From positions 576,001 to 640,000 of the forward strand of contig OZ219866.1 of NCBI GenBank assembly GCA_964291675.2: a DNA stretch of 64,000 nt. Direction: 5' to 3'. Shown here piece by piece: positions 36,512-46,120 of the stretch (the first letter of the stretch is position 1; each line of letters opens with the position of its first letter). The stretch is from Alphaproteobacteria bacterium. Lineage in GTDB: Bacteria; Pseudomonadota; Alphaproteobacteria; MPNO01. Under the pieces are notes generated by a model. It was not told the origin of the DNA. It saw only the letters and a program-made list of their open reading frames with translations, and did no database searches. A program made the position numbers and the translations under genes.

Positions 36512-37662
36512 CAATAGGACCTGGGCAGGCCGAGCACGTGCTCGGCGATGTAGGACAGCACGAAGTTGTTGGAGATCGGCGCGATCCGGTAGAGCCGGGT
36601 CTCGCGGAACTTGCGCTCGACGTCGTACTCCTCGGCGAAGGCGTAGCCGCCATGGGTCTGCATGCACATGTCGGCCGCCTGCCAGGACGCCTCGGAGGCG
36701 AGGTACTTGGCCATGTTGGCCTGCTCGCCGCAGGGCTCGCCCGCCTCGAACAGCGCCGCCGCCCTGGCGACCATGAGGTCCGCCGCCTCGGTCTTCGCGT
36801 AGGCCTCGGCGATCGGGAACTGGACGCCCTGGTTCTGGCCGATCGCGCGGTCGAAGATGCGGCGCTCGCCGGCGTATTCGGTGGCCCTGGCGATGAACCA
36901 GCGGGCGTCGCCGATGCATTCGGCGGCGATCAGGATCCGCTCGGCGTTCATCCCGTCGATGATGTAGCGGAACCCCTCGCCCTCCTCGCCGACCAGGCTG
37001 TCGGCCGGGATGCGCAGGTTGTCGAAGAAGATCTCGGTCGTGGCGTGGTTGATCATGGTGCGGATGGGGCGGATCTCGAGCCCGTTGCCGCGCGCGGCGC
37101 GCATGTCGAGGAGGAACACCGAGAGCCCCTCGGTGCGCCGCTCGACCTCCTCCCTGGGCGTGGTGCGGGCGAGCAGGAGCATGAGGTCCGAGTGCTCGGC
37201 CCGCGAGGTCCAGACCTTCTGGCCGTTGACCACGTAGCCGTCATTGCCGTCGCGGACCGCCGTGGTCCGCAGGCTCAGCGTGTCGGTGCCGCTGGTCGGC
37301 TCTGTGACGCCGAACGCCTGGAGGCGGAGCTCGCCGGCGGCGATCTTCGGCAGATACGCCCGCTTCTGGGCCTCGCTGCCGTGCCTGAGCACGGTGCCCA
37401 TGGTGTACATCTGGGCGTGGCAGGCGCCGCCATTGCCGCCCGATTTCTGGACCTCCTCCAGGATCGCCGCAGCGGCGGAGATGCCGAGCCCGCTGCCGCC
37501 GTACTCCTCGGGGATCAGCACCGAGAGATAGCCGTGCTCGGTCAGGTCCCTGACGAACGCCGTCGGGTAGGCGCGGTCGCGGTCGAGCCCGCGCCAGTAC
37601 TCGCCCGGATAGTTGGCGCACAGCCGGGCGACGGCGTCGCGGATTTCCCGGTGGTCGTCCAT
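36511..37662 (-). CDS. Acyl-CoA dehydrogenase
   Basis: CHAQMYTMG, LRLQAFGVTEP, NAERILIAAECIGD, HGGYAFAEEYDVERKFRE. Confidence 0.93.
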   Translation of the reverse strand: MDDHREIRDAVARLCANYPGEYWRGLDRDRAYPTAFVRDLTEHGYLSVLIPEEYGGSGLGISAAAAILEEVQKSGGNGGACHAQMYTMGTVLRHGSEAQKRAYLPKIAAGELRLQAFGVTEPTSGTDTLSLRTTAVRDGNDGYVVNGQKVWTSRAEHSDLMLLLARTTPREEVERRTEGLSVFLLDMRAARGNGLEIRPIRTMINHATTEIFFDNLRIPADSLVGEEGEGFRYIIDGMNAERILIAAECIGDARWFIARATEYAGERRIFDRAIGQNQGVQFPIAEAYAKTEAADLMVARAAALFEAGEPCGEQANMAKYLASEASWQAADMCMQTHGGYAFAEEYDVERKFRETRLYRIAPISNNFVLSYIAEHVLGLPRSY

Positions 37663-37743
37663 GTCTTCCCGAGCTCTCCGGCCGGCCTCGATTGCGGCCG
37701 TTTGTACGCCGACAAGCGGGCCGATCCAAGACCCGCGGCCGGC

Positions 37744-37794
37744 TTGAAATGCAGATATACCTCTTTATATGATATCGCAACACGTCACGATATC
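37744..37794 (+). promoter_or_regulatory. Putative TA-operon promoter with operator dyad
   Basis: TTGAAA (37744) and TATGAT (37768); GATATCG-N10-CGATATC at 37771-37794. Confidence 0.5.
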
Positions 37795-37806
37795 GGGTAC
37801 GGGACC

Positions 37807-38037
37807 ATGCTGGTGTCGAAATGGGGCAACAGCCTCGCGGTCCGGCTGCCGAAGGCGGTGGTCGACAATCTCGACCTCAAGTCCGGCGACCGGCTGGAGA
37901 TCGTCTCCGCCACGCCCGAGCGTGTCGTGCTCGCGAAGGACCGGCGGCGGGCGCGGGCGGTCGAGCGGATGCGCGCGCGCGCGTTGACCCTGCCGGCGGG
38001 CTATGTCTTCGACCGCGACGACGCCAATATCCGGTGA
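37807..38037 (+). CDS. AbrB/MazE-type antitoxin
   Basis: MLVSKWGNSLAVRLPK...FDRDDANIR. Confidence 0.9.
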   Translation: MLVSKWGNSLAVRLPKAVVDNLDLKSGDRLEIVSATPERVVLAKDRRRARAVERMRARALTLPAGYVFDRDDANIR

Positions 38038-38435
38038 CCGCGTTCCTCGACACCAACCTGCTGGTCTATGCGCAGTCCGCCGACCCGAAGGGCGAGATCG
38101 CGAGACAGGCGATCCTGGCCGGCGGCACGGTCAGCGTCCAGGTGATCAACGAGTTCACCGCCGTATTGCGGCGCAAGCTCCGCCTGGAGTGGCACGAGAT
38201 CGCGGACGCGGTGGCCGATGTGCGGGCCGCGCTCGATCCGGTCCGCCCGGTCGGGATCGAGACCTGGACCGCGGCGGTAGCGCTCGCCCGGCAGCACCGT
38301 TTCGGCTTCTACGACTCGCTGATCCTCGCATCCGCCCTCGAAGCCGGCTGCGACACCCTGCTGACGGAAGATATGCAGGCAGGCCGCCGCATCGAGAGCC
38401 TGACGATCGTCAACCCGTTCCAACGCGGGCCTTAG
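38034..38435 (+). CDS. vapC: PIN-domain toxin (VapC)
   Basis: FLDTNLLVY, SVQVINEF, FYDSLI..A...CDTLLTEDMQ; GTGA coupling. Confidence 0.9.
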   Translation: MTAFLDTNLLVYAQSADPKGEIARQAILAGGTVSVQVINEFTAVLRRKLRLEWHEIADAVADVRAALDPVRPVGIETWTAAVALARQHRFGFYDSLILASALEAGCDTLLTEDMQAGRRIESLTIVNPFQRGP

Positions 38436-38544
38436 CCCCTCGCGCGGCCCGTGTGGACACCCGTTCGAGTTCGCGGGTACCGTGGGCCGAGCGCGCGGAG
38501 GGCCGAGCGCCGCGAAGGAAACGCCGAAACAGGGAGAGACTTCC

Positions 38545-39549
38545 ATGCCAAGACTGTCGGCCGCGACAATCGCGGCAGTCTTCGTCGCGCTCGCCGCCGC
38601 CCCGGCCGGCGCGCAGGACATCCTCAAGTCCGAGACCGGCAATCCGGGCTCGACCGGTCACGCGCTGGTCGTCGTGGCGTCGAAGATCTACAAGCGGGAT
38701 CTCGGCATCGACATCCAGATCAACGACAGCCAGACGCTGACCAAGTCGGCGTTGAAGCTGGGCCGGGGGCAGATCGACCTGATGGCGATGCCGACGGCGG
38801 TCTACAAGTTCCTCGCCGCCGGCTCGCGCATGTACAAGAAGAAGCTCCACAAGCAGGCCATCGCGGCGGGCAGGAACGTGCGCGCGCTGTTCGGCTTCCA
38901 GGGCGTGGTGTTCCACCCGGTGACGTTCGACGTCGACGGCATCAAGACGTGGCAGGACATCAAGGGCAAACGGGTCTTCGTCGGCCCGCCCGCCGGCGCG
39001 GCCTCGGTGACCGTGCAGACCATGATCAGGGCGCTCACCGGCTACGAGCCGAACAAGGACTACAAGGCGATCAAGCTGAACTGGGGGTCGGGCCTGCAGG
39101 CGATGATGGACGGCAAGCTCGACCTGTTCGTTCGTCCGGTCAACCCGGGCGCGGCGATGATCGAGCAGCTCGGAATGTCGCGAAAGTTCCGCATCCTCGA
39201 CTCCGACACCACCACCGAGGCCTGGAAGAAATGGCTCAAGGGGCCGGGGCGCTTCACCGGCACGATCCCGGCCAACACCTATAGCGGCCAGGTCAACCGG
39301 GACCGGACGATCAGGGGCGGCGCGGCGACATTCTACCTGGCGGTCCACAAGGACATGCCGGACGACCGGGCCTACGGGATGACCAGGCTGTTCTGGGACA
39401 ATCTCGACGAGGTGCACAAGACATCGGTGATCCTCAAGCCGATCGCCATGAAGATGCCGTTCGTCGGCATGAACACCGCGCTGCACCCGGGCGCGGCCAG
39501 GTACTACAAGGAAATGGGCATCGCGATCCCGGCCAGGCTGCTGCCGTAG
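38545..39549 (+). CDS. TAXI-family TRAP substrate-binding protein
   Basis: Signal peptide; DIKGKRVFVGPPAG; LHPGAARYYKE. Confidence 0.9.
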   Translation: MPRLSAATIAAVFVALAAAPAGAQDILKSETGNPGSTGHALVVVASKIYKRDLGIDIQINDSQTLTKSALKLGRGQIDLMAMPTAVYKFLAAGSRMYKKKLHKQAIAAGRNVRALFGFQGVVFHPVTFDVDGIKTWQDIKGKRVFVGPPAGAASVTVQTMIRALTGYEPNKDYKAIKLNWGSGLQAMMDGKLDLFVRPVNPGAAMIEQLGMSRKFRILDSDTTTEAWKKWLKGPGRFTGTIPANTYSGQVNRDRTIRGGAATFYLAVHKDMPDDRAYGMTRLFWDNLDEVHKTSVILKPIAMKMPFVGMNTALHPGAARYYKEMGIAIPARLLP

Positions 39550-39747
39550 GGGGCGGCGGGTCGCCGGTGCCGCCCTCCCGGGCACTCCGCGGCCGCCGTC
39601 ATTTCGGCCTTGAAGCGGGAAGCGGTGCCCGATCGAGCCGGGCATCTCACCGCGCGAACCTGTGCAGGCCGTACCGCCTGCGCTCCGGCGCGTCCTGTCA
39701 CGATCTGCGTCGGCGCGACACCCGCCCACAAATTCTTGGGGACCGAT

Positions 39748-40053
39748 TTACCCGGCCGATTTCATGCACCGTCGACGGGATTTCGGCCTCGCGCCTCGCG
39801 GGAGGTTCCCCCGATAGATCGCTCCTTCCGGTATGCCGATCAGGAGAAGCGGGCAGGGGTTTCCGACGCCGCGTTCGATCCGTTCCCGCAGCTTGTTCCA
39901 GTGGGTCGTGGCGCTGCCGAACTTGTCCCGAACGAACCGCCGTGCCCATTCGTCCACGAAGTCCGCGCCGCGGGTCACGACCGCGCCGACACTGATTGCG
40001 CCCTCGCTATGGAGCCTTTGGAAGTTCTCCAGATCGCGGTCGAAGAACGGATC
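39748..40053 (-). pseudogene. C-terminal remnant of BglII/BstYI-like type II restriction endonuclease
   Basis: DPFFDRDLENFQRLHSEGAISVGAVVTRG...KFGSATTHWNKL..RIERGVGNPCPLLLIGIP with no own start and no N-terminal catalytic part; overlaps MTase tail. Confidence 0.6.
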
Positions 40054-40676
40054 CCCGACGCCGAATTGTGGCCGTAGGTCGGCCAATCGGGCTCGTAGCC
40101 GGCTTCGGCCTGATTGCCCCACACCGTCCAGTTGTCGCGGACTCCGCGTCCGAACAATTCCAGGTACGGCCCCCAGCTGCAGCTCTCGATCAGCTCGTAC
40201 TGCTCGTCCGGCTTGCGCGAATGCTCGCGCTTCCGGCTGGCGATCAGATTGACCTGGCGCCGCCCCGGAGGCAGCGTCCGCGCATTCTTCCCCCGGATGC
40301 CGAACAGCACCATCTCGGTGACGTTGCGGAAGTAGAACCCGACCCCGCGCCCGTCCGAGCCGCCGTCCTTTCGTATCTTGTGCCAGATCACGTTGCTCTT
40401 GTACTCGAACCCCCAGGATTCGAGCACGAGCAGGCCCTGGGGCAGCAGCGCGTTCGGAACCCAGAGATAGCAATGGGCGCGCTCTGCCATGCACTCGGCG
40501 ATCGGCAAGGCGGCGATTTCATTGACGGTCAGAGTGCCGTAGCGCGACAGGCGACGGTGTTCCGGTGCGACCTTTCCGGTCCGGTTGGTGAAACGCCAAG
40601 GCGGATCGGCGAGGACCGTCCCGAACTTTTCGCCGTTCAGGCATTCGACGAGATCGGCGGCGGGCGACCGCGACAT
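39975..40676 (-). CDS. MT-A70 family adenine DNA methyltransferase (possible upstream start at 40967)
   Basis: LADPPW, YLWVPNALL, WGFEYKSN, GFYFRNVTE, REHSRKP, YLELFGR; GGAG RBS before ATG 40676. Confidence 0.9.
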   Translation of the reverse strand: MSRSPAADLVECLNGEKFGTVLADPPWRFTNRTGKVAPEHRRLSRYGTLTVNEIAALPIAECMAERAHCYLWVPNALLPQGLLVLESWGFEYKSNVIWHKIRKDGGSDGRGVGFYFRNVTEMVLFGIRGKNARTLPPGRRQVNLIASRKREHSRKPDEQYELIESCSWGPYLELFGRGVRDNWTVWGNQAEAGYEPDWPTYGHNSASGIRSSTAIWRTSKGSIARAQSVSARS

Positions 40677-40987
40677 CGAATCTCCGGGTTCCGCCATGGC
40701 GGCCCTGAACCGCTCGGCGGCTCGGCCCTTCGTCCCCGCGACGACCGGCTTGCCCACCCCATCATGGCCGGAGAGCGCAGGACGCTCGGCCTTGGGCATG
40801 TTCTCGCGTCGCCCCCCGATACAGGTTCGATGGACCTCAAGCGGCTCCGAGAATAACCGAGGCGATTCGGGGGACCAAGCCTCTCCGATTCGATCGGGCG
40901 CGGTTCGCGCCGTCCTCCGTGCGACCTCGATGTCCCGATGGTCCCCCTTCGTACCGTTCCGTTCCATGATGGAACTTCCCCTCACCA

Positions 40988-41028
40988 GAACATAAGCGGA
41001 ACATACAGCCCGTGCGCAGGATTTGCAA
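40988..41028 (-). promoter_or_regulatory. Sigma70-like promoter overlapped by alphaproteobacterial LexA box
   Basis: Minus strand TTGCAA-N17-TATGTT; GTTC-N7-GTTC (GAAC-ATAAGCG-GAAC on +, 40988-41002) overlaps the -10. Confidence 0.7.
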
Positions 41029-41224
41029 GCATGGGTGCGATTGTCCTTCCCGAGGCGCACCGGGAGACCCGTGGACGCCCGCTTGCGCAGCGCCGCCGGT
41101 GTCCATCCCCCCCCGCCGCCCCGCACTGGCTTGTTCCGCCCTCCCTCATCTTGCAGCATGGCCGCATGAGTCGGGGCCGCGTCCGCATCGTATGCGAGAC
41201 CTTGCCGTGAACCCATGGAGGGGC

Positions 41225-41254
41225 ATGGATACCCGGAACGACTCCGGGCGTGAC
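41225..41254. repeat. REP-like palindromic half element
   Basis: ATGGATACCCGGA-ACGAC-TCCGGGCGTGAC; same CCGGA..TCCGG core as the intragenic repeats. Confidence 0.55.
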
Positions 41255-41324
41255 GGGACAGGAAGTGGCGGACGGTCCGGCCCGGCCGGGCATGCCTCTC
41301 CCCTTCCCGGCGCCGCGTCCTGAC

Positions 41325-43292
41325 ATGGCCTCCCTCGGCGCTCCGCCAGCGGAGTCCGGCTCGCCCGTTGGCCGTGCGGCGACGGCGGCGGCGTTCGTCG
41401 TCGCGCTGTTCATGGCGTTGCTCGGCATCGCGAACTCCTCGCCCAAATTCTGGTTGGTGCCGACGGTGGGGCCGTTCGATTCGGAGTGGATCCGCCCGGT
41501 CGTGCTCGGCTGCTCGGTGTTCGTCGTGCTGGCGACCAAGGGGTTCGCGCGGCATTTCGCGGCACGCAACGCCTCGCGCGGCCGGCTGGGTCTGCTGATC
41601 GATTGCGCGCTGCTCGCCGCCGCGTTCTGGTGTTTCTGGCGCTACTACGTGGACGTGTCGGAGATCGAGGAGGGGCTGTTCGATTTCGAGCTCGTCCACC
41701 CCGTCGTGGCGCTGGTCGGCTCGGCCGTCTTCATCGCCATCTGCTGGCGCGTGTGGGGCGCGCCGCTCGCGGTCTGCGGCATCGTCGCGATCGTCTACTT
41801 CTTCTCGGGCGAGCACTGGCCCTGGATCTTCAGGACCGCGCCGATCGTGTTTCTCGACACCGCCGAGGACCTCTGGTTCAACCTCAATGACGGGATCCTC
41901 GGCACCCTGATGGGGATCCTGATCTTCACCGTGTTCCCCTTCGTCCTGCTCGGCACCATGCTGGAGCAGATGGGCGGCGGGCGCTCGCTCATCAAGCTGG
42001 CGTTCCACGCGACGCGGAACTTCCGCGGCGGCCCCGCCCATGCGGCGATCCTCGCATCCGGCCTGTTCGGCACGATGTCGGGCGGCGCGGTCACCAACGT
42101 GGTGGCGACCGGCGTGATCACCATCCCGATCATCAAGAAGCGCGGCTTCAGCCCGGCCTTCGCCGGCGGGGTCGAGGCGACCGCGTCCAGCGCGGGACAG
42201 ATCATGCCGCCGATCATGGGCGCCGCCGCGCTGGTGATGGCCGATTTCACCGGCCTCTCCTACCTGACGATCATCGTCGCCGCCCTGGTTCCGGCGCTCG
42301 CCTATTACGTGAGCCTGTTCACCAGCGTCGTCTTCGAGGCGCGCCGGCTCGGCGTCGAGGCGGTGCCCGACATGGCGGACGACTTCACCGTCACCGCCCA
42401 GGATTTCGTCAACCTGATCATGATCCTGGTCCCGGTGGCGGTGGTCGTCCTCACCTTGCTCGCCGGGTTCTCGCCGGCCGGGGCGGGCATGCTGGCGATG
42501 TACAGCGTGATCGTGCTCAGCTTTCTCAACCCGGAGATCCGCCGCAACCCGTTCCGGATCGTGACCGCGCTGGTGCGCGGCGCGGAGACCCAGGCCTCGC
42601 TGCTGATGGCGATCGGCGTCGTCGGGATCGTGGTCGCCGTGCTCGGCGCGACCGGCCTGCCCAACGACTTCGCCCAGCTGGTGGGCCAGGCGACCGGCAC
42701 CGAGCTGTTCCTGACGCTCGCGGTCGCCGCCCTGGCGGCGCTGATGCTGGGCATGGGCATGCCGACGCTCCCGGCCTACCTCACCATCATCCTGATCCTC
42801 GGGCCGTCGATGCAGAACCTCGGCCTCTCGGTGCTGACCGCGCATCTCTTCGTGTTCTATTTCGGGGTCGCTTCGTCGATCACCCCGCCGGTCGCGGTCG
42901 CGGCCTACGCCGCGGCGTCGATCTCGGGCGGCGCGCCGCTGATGACCTCGGTCTACGCCATGCGCATCGGGCTGGTGAAATTCCTGGTGCCGTTCATCTT
43001 CGCCTTCTACCCGGTCATGCTGATCGTGCCGGAGAGCGGGGCGGCGTTCGACGGCCTGGCCTTCGCGTCGATCGTCTTTCGCATGCTGGTCGCGATCTAC
43101 CTGGTGTCGGGCTCGGTCATCGCGTTCGACCGCAGGCGCCTGCCGTGGTGGGAGATCCTGCTGCGCCTGGCGCTGGCGCTCGGCGTGCTGCTCCTGGACC
43201 CGGCGATCCACTGGCCGGCGGCCGGCCTCGCCTTCGTCTACCTCGCCTGGCACCATCTCAGCTTCGCGGCGAAGACGGGGGCAGCCGCTTGA
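41325..43292 (+). CDS. TRAP transporter fused 4TM/12TM permease (TAXI type); start uncertain
   Basis: GGPAHAAI.ASGLFGTMSG, EATASSAGQIMPPIMG, LGMGMPT, ITPPVA. Confidence 0.92.
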   Translation: MASLGAPPAESGSPVGRAATAAAFVVALFMALLGIANSSPKFWLVPTVGPFDSEWIRPVVLGCSVFVVLATKGFARHFAARNASRGRLGLLIDCALLAAAFWCFWRYYVDVSEIEEGLFDFELVHPVVALVGSAVFIAICWRVWGAPLAVCGIVAIVYFFSGEHWPWIFRTAPIVFLDTAEDLWFNLNDGILGTLMGILIFTVFPFVLLGTMLEQMGGGRSLIKLAFHATRNFRGGPAHAAILASGLFGTMSGGAVTNVVATGVITIPIIKKRGFSPAFAGGVEATASSAGQIMPPIMGAAALVMADFTGLSYLTIIVAALVPALAYYVSLFTSVVFEARRLGVEAVPDMADDFTVTAQDFVNLIMILVPVAVVVLTLLAGFSPAGAGMLAMYSVIVLSFLNPEIRRNPFRIVTALVRGAETQASLLMAIGVVGIVVAVLGATGLPNDFAQLVGQATGTELFLTLAVAALAALMLGMGMPTLPAYLTIILILGPSMQNLGLSVLTAHLFVFYFGVASSITPPVAVAAYAAASISGGAPLMTSVYAMRIGLVKFLVPFIFAFYPVMLIVPESGAAFDGLAFASIVFRMLVAIYLVSGSVIAFDRRRLPWWEILLRLALALGVLLLDPAIHWPAAGLAFVYLAWHHLSFAAKTGAAA

Positions 43293-43322
43293 CAGGGCCG
43301 GGCGGCGCGGGGACCATCCGGC

Positions 43323-44495
43323 ATGGCCATCGTCAACCGCATCGCCGAGTTCCACGACGAGATGACGGCGTGGCGCCGCGACATCCACGCCCATCCCGAG
43401 ACCGCCTTCGAGGAACACCGCACGTCGCAATTCGTCGCCGACCGGCTGAGCGAGTTCGGCATCGAGGTCGATCGCGGCCTCGCCGGGACCGGGGTGGTGG
43501 GGACGCTCGCCGGCGCCCGCGGGGAGGGACCGTCGATCGGGCTGCGCGCCGACATGGACGCGCTCCATATCGAGGAGAAGAACGGTTTTGGGCACCGCTC
43601 GCAGGTTCCGGGCAAGATGCATGCCTGCGGCCATGACGGGCATACCTCGATGCTGCTCGGCGCGGCCAAGTACCTCGCCGAGACGCGCAACTTCGCCGGC
43701 ACCGTCAGGTTCATCTTCCAGCCCGCGGAAGAGAACGAGGGCGGCGCCCGCGTCATGGTCGAAGAGGGGCTGTTCCAGAAATTCCCGATGGAGCAGGTGT
43801 TCGGCATGCACAACATGCCGCGCGTCGACATCGGCGAGATGGCGGTGCGCGCCGGGCCGATGATGGCGGCGTTCGACATCTTCGAGATCCGGGTCGCGGG
43901 CCACGGCACCCATGCGGCCGCGCCCCATCTCGGCAGCGACGCGATCGTGGCCGCGGCCGAAATGGTGACCGCGCTGCAGACCATCGCCAGCCGCATCGTC
44001 GATGCCCAGGAATCGGTGGTCGTCACCGTCACCCAGATCCACGGCGGCGACACCTGGAACGTGATCCCGGAGGACGTGGTGCTGCGCGGGACGGTGCGCG
44101 CCTTCCTGCCGGAGATCCAGGACCTCGCCGAGGCCTCGCTCCGGCGCATCGTCGCCGGCATCGCCGCAACGCACGGGATCGAGGCCACGGTCGAATACGA
44201 GCGGCGCTACCCGCCGACCATCAACCACGCCGAGGAGTCCGAGCTCGCCGCCCGGGTCGCCGCCGAGGTGGTCGGGGGCGACAACGTCCATCGCGGCCTC
44301 CACCCCAAGATGGCGGCCGAGGATTTCTCCTTCATGCTCAACGAGAAGCCGGGCTGCTATGTGTGGCTCGGCAACGGGCCCGGCGACGGCGGCTGCCTGC
44401 TGCATAACCCGCATTACGACTTCCGGGACGAGGCGCTGCCGATCGGCGCGAGCTACTGGGCCCGGCTGGTGGAAACCCGCCTCGCGCCCGGGTAA
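43323..44495 (+). CDS. M20 aminoacylase/hippurate hydrolase family
   Basis: WRRDIHAHPE, LRADMDAL, MHACGHDGH, FQPAEE, LHNPHYDF. Confidence 0.94.
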   Translation: MAIVNRIAEFHDEMTAWRRDIHAHPETAFEEHRTSQFVADRLSEFGIEVDRGLAGTGVVGTLAGARGEGPSIGLRADMDALHIEEKNGFGHRSQVPGKMHACGHDGHTSMLLGAAKYLAETRNFAGTVRFIFQPAEENEGGARVMVEEGLFQKFPMEQVFGMHNMPRVDIGEMAVRAGPMMAAFDIFEIRVAGHGTHAAAPHLGSDAIVAAAEMVTALQTIASRIVDAQESVVVTVTQIHGGDTWNVIPEDVVLRGTVRAFLPEIQDLAEASLRRIVAGIAATHGIEATVEYERRYPPTINHAEESELAARVAAEVVGGDNVHRGLHPKMAAEDFSFMLNEKPGCYVWLGNGPGDGGCLLHNPHYDFRDEALPIGASYWARLVETRLAPG

Positions 44496-44533
44496 CCCGC
44501 CGGCGCGACCCTGCGCAACAGGTGACAGGAACC

Positions 44534-46120
44534 ATGGCGAAGACTGACGGCTTCGCGGGGGTGAAGATCCCCCGCTCTCCGGTTTACGGCACGCGCGGCA
44601 TGGTGGTTTCCGGCCATTCGCTGGCCTCGCTCGCCGGGCTGCGCACCCTCGAGCGCGGCGGCTCGATGGTCGATGCGATGATCGCCTGCTCGGCGGCGCT
44701 CTCGGTGGTGGTGCCGCACGCGACCTCGCTCGGCGGCGATGCCTTCATCCTCTACCACCGCGCCGGGGACGCCCGCACGCTCGGCATGAACGCCTCGGGC
44801 CACGCGCCTGCCGGCGTCTCGCTCGGGCTCTACGCCGACGGCATCCCGAAACGCGGGCCACTCGCCTTCAGCGTGCCCGGGATGATCCGGGGCTGGGAAC
44901 GCATGCACCAGCGTTACGGAAAGCTGCCCTGGGCCGAGCTGTTCGCCGACGCGGCGGCGCTCGCCGAAGCCCACCCGCTGTCCCGCGTGCTCGCCGGCGC
45001 GCTCCATCTGTTCCGCGAGGACATCGAGGGCGATCCCGGCTGCCGCGAGATCTACTACCCGGGCGGCGAAGCGCTGCTGGCCGGCGCGATCGTCCGCCAG
45101 CCGGCGCTCGCCCGCACCGTGGGCCTGATCGCCGACGGGGGGAGCGCCGCGTTCTACGAGGGCGAGATCGCGCGCTCCATCGCCGCGTCGGCCCAGGCGC
45201 AGGGCGGGGTGGCGACGGCGGAGGACTTCGCGGGCTACGAGCCGGAATGGGCGGAGCCGCTGGAATCGGGCTATCGCGGGCTCAGCGTCCGGGTGATGCC
45301 GCCCAACTCCTACGGCGTGTTGATGCTGATGCAGCTCAACGCGCTCGACGGGATCGACCCGGCGGAGCTCGGCGGCGACGAGGCGCGGCGCCTCGCCTGT
45401 CTGATGCGCGCCCAGCGCGCGGCCTTCGCGGCGGGGCGCAAACACATCGCCGATCCGCGCACCGACCCGGCCCCGGTCGACCGGCTGCTGAGCGGCGAGA
45501 CCACGCGGGCGCTCCGCGACGAGGTGCGGGAGGCCGCCGAGCCCGCCCCCGCCATGGCGCACCCGGCGGGCGGCACCTCCTGCATCTGCATCGCGGACGG
45601 CGAGGGCAACGGCATCGCGGTGGTGCAGAGCGTGTTCCACGTCTTCGGCAGCGCCTTCCTCGACCCCGGCACGGGCATCCTGATGAACAACCGGATGACC
45701 GGCTTCAGCATCGACCCCGAGAGCGCCAACGCGCTCGCCCCGGGCAAGCGCCCGGCGCACACGCTCAACCCCGTCGTGGTGCTGGATGGCGGCAGGCTGC
45801 GCTACCTGCTGACCACGCCGGGCGGGCCGAGCCAGACGCTGTCGCATGTCCAGATCCTCAACAACCTGGTCGACCGGGGCATGGAGCTGACGGCGGCGAT
45901 CGACGCGCCGCGCTGGTCGATCAACATGCAGGGCGAGACCCTGCTCGACGAGGCGTTCGACGACGGCGTGGCCGACGGGCTCGCCGATGCCGGCTTCCCG
46001 GTCCAGCGCGCCGCGGGCGCGTCCTATTTCGGCTCCGCCAAGACCATCGAGGTGACCGGGGACGGCGTGCTGCTGGGCGCCGCCGACACCCGCCGCGAGG
46101 CCTACGCGGCCGGCGCCTGA
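44534..46120 (+). CDS. Gamma-glutamyltransferase family protein
   Basis: SLGGDAF, VPGMIRGW, Ntn nucleophile G-TSCICIAD, PGKRPAHTL. Confidence 0.9.
   Translation: MAKTDGFAGVKIPRSPVYGTRGMVVSGHSLASLAGLRTLERGGSMVDAMIACSAALSVVVPHATSLGGDAFILYHRAGDARTLGMNASGHAPAGVSLGLYADGIPKRGPLAFSVPGMIRGWERMHQRYGKLPWAELFADAAALAEAHPLSRVLAGALHLFREDIEGDPGCREIYYPGGEALLAGAIVRQPALARTVGLIADGGSAAFYEGEIARSIAASAQAQGGVATAEDFAGYEPEWAEPLESGYRGLSVRVMPPNSYGVLMLMQLNALDGIDPAELGGDEARRLACLMRAQRAAFAAGRKHIADPRTDPAPVDRLLSGETTRALRDEVREAAEPAPAMAHPAGGTSCICIADGEGNGIAVVQSVFHVFGSAFLDPGTGILMNNRMTGFSIDPESANALAPGKRPAHTLNPVVVLDGGRLRYLLTTPGGPSQTLSHVQILNNLVDRGMELTAAIDAPRWSINMQGETLLDEAFDDGVADGLADAGFPVQRAAGASYFGSAKTIEVTGDGVLLGAADTRREAYAAGA

Noticed and set aside
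39550-39750. Short hairpins after the TAXI gene as mobile-element ends
   Set aside because: No matching partner end, target duplication or transposase seen.
39975-44414. 1479-aa ORF suggesting a giant MTase fusion
   Set aside because: The N-terminal part is antisense to the TRAP permease and M20 genes; only the C-terminal MTase part looks real.
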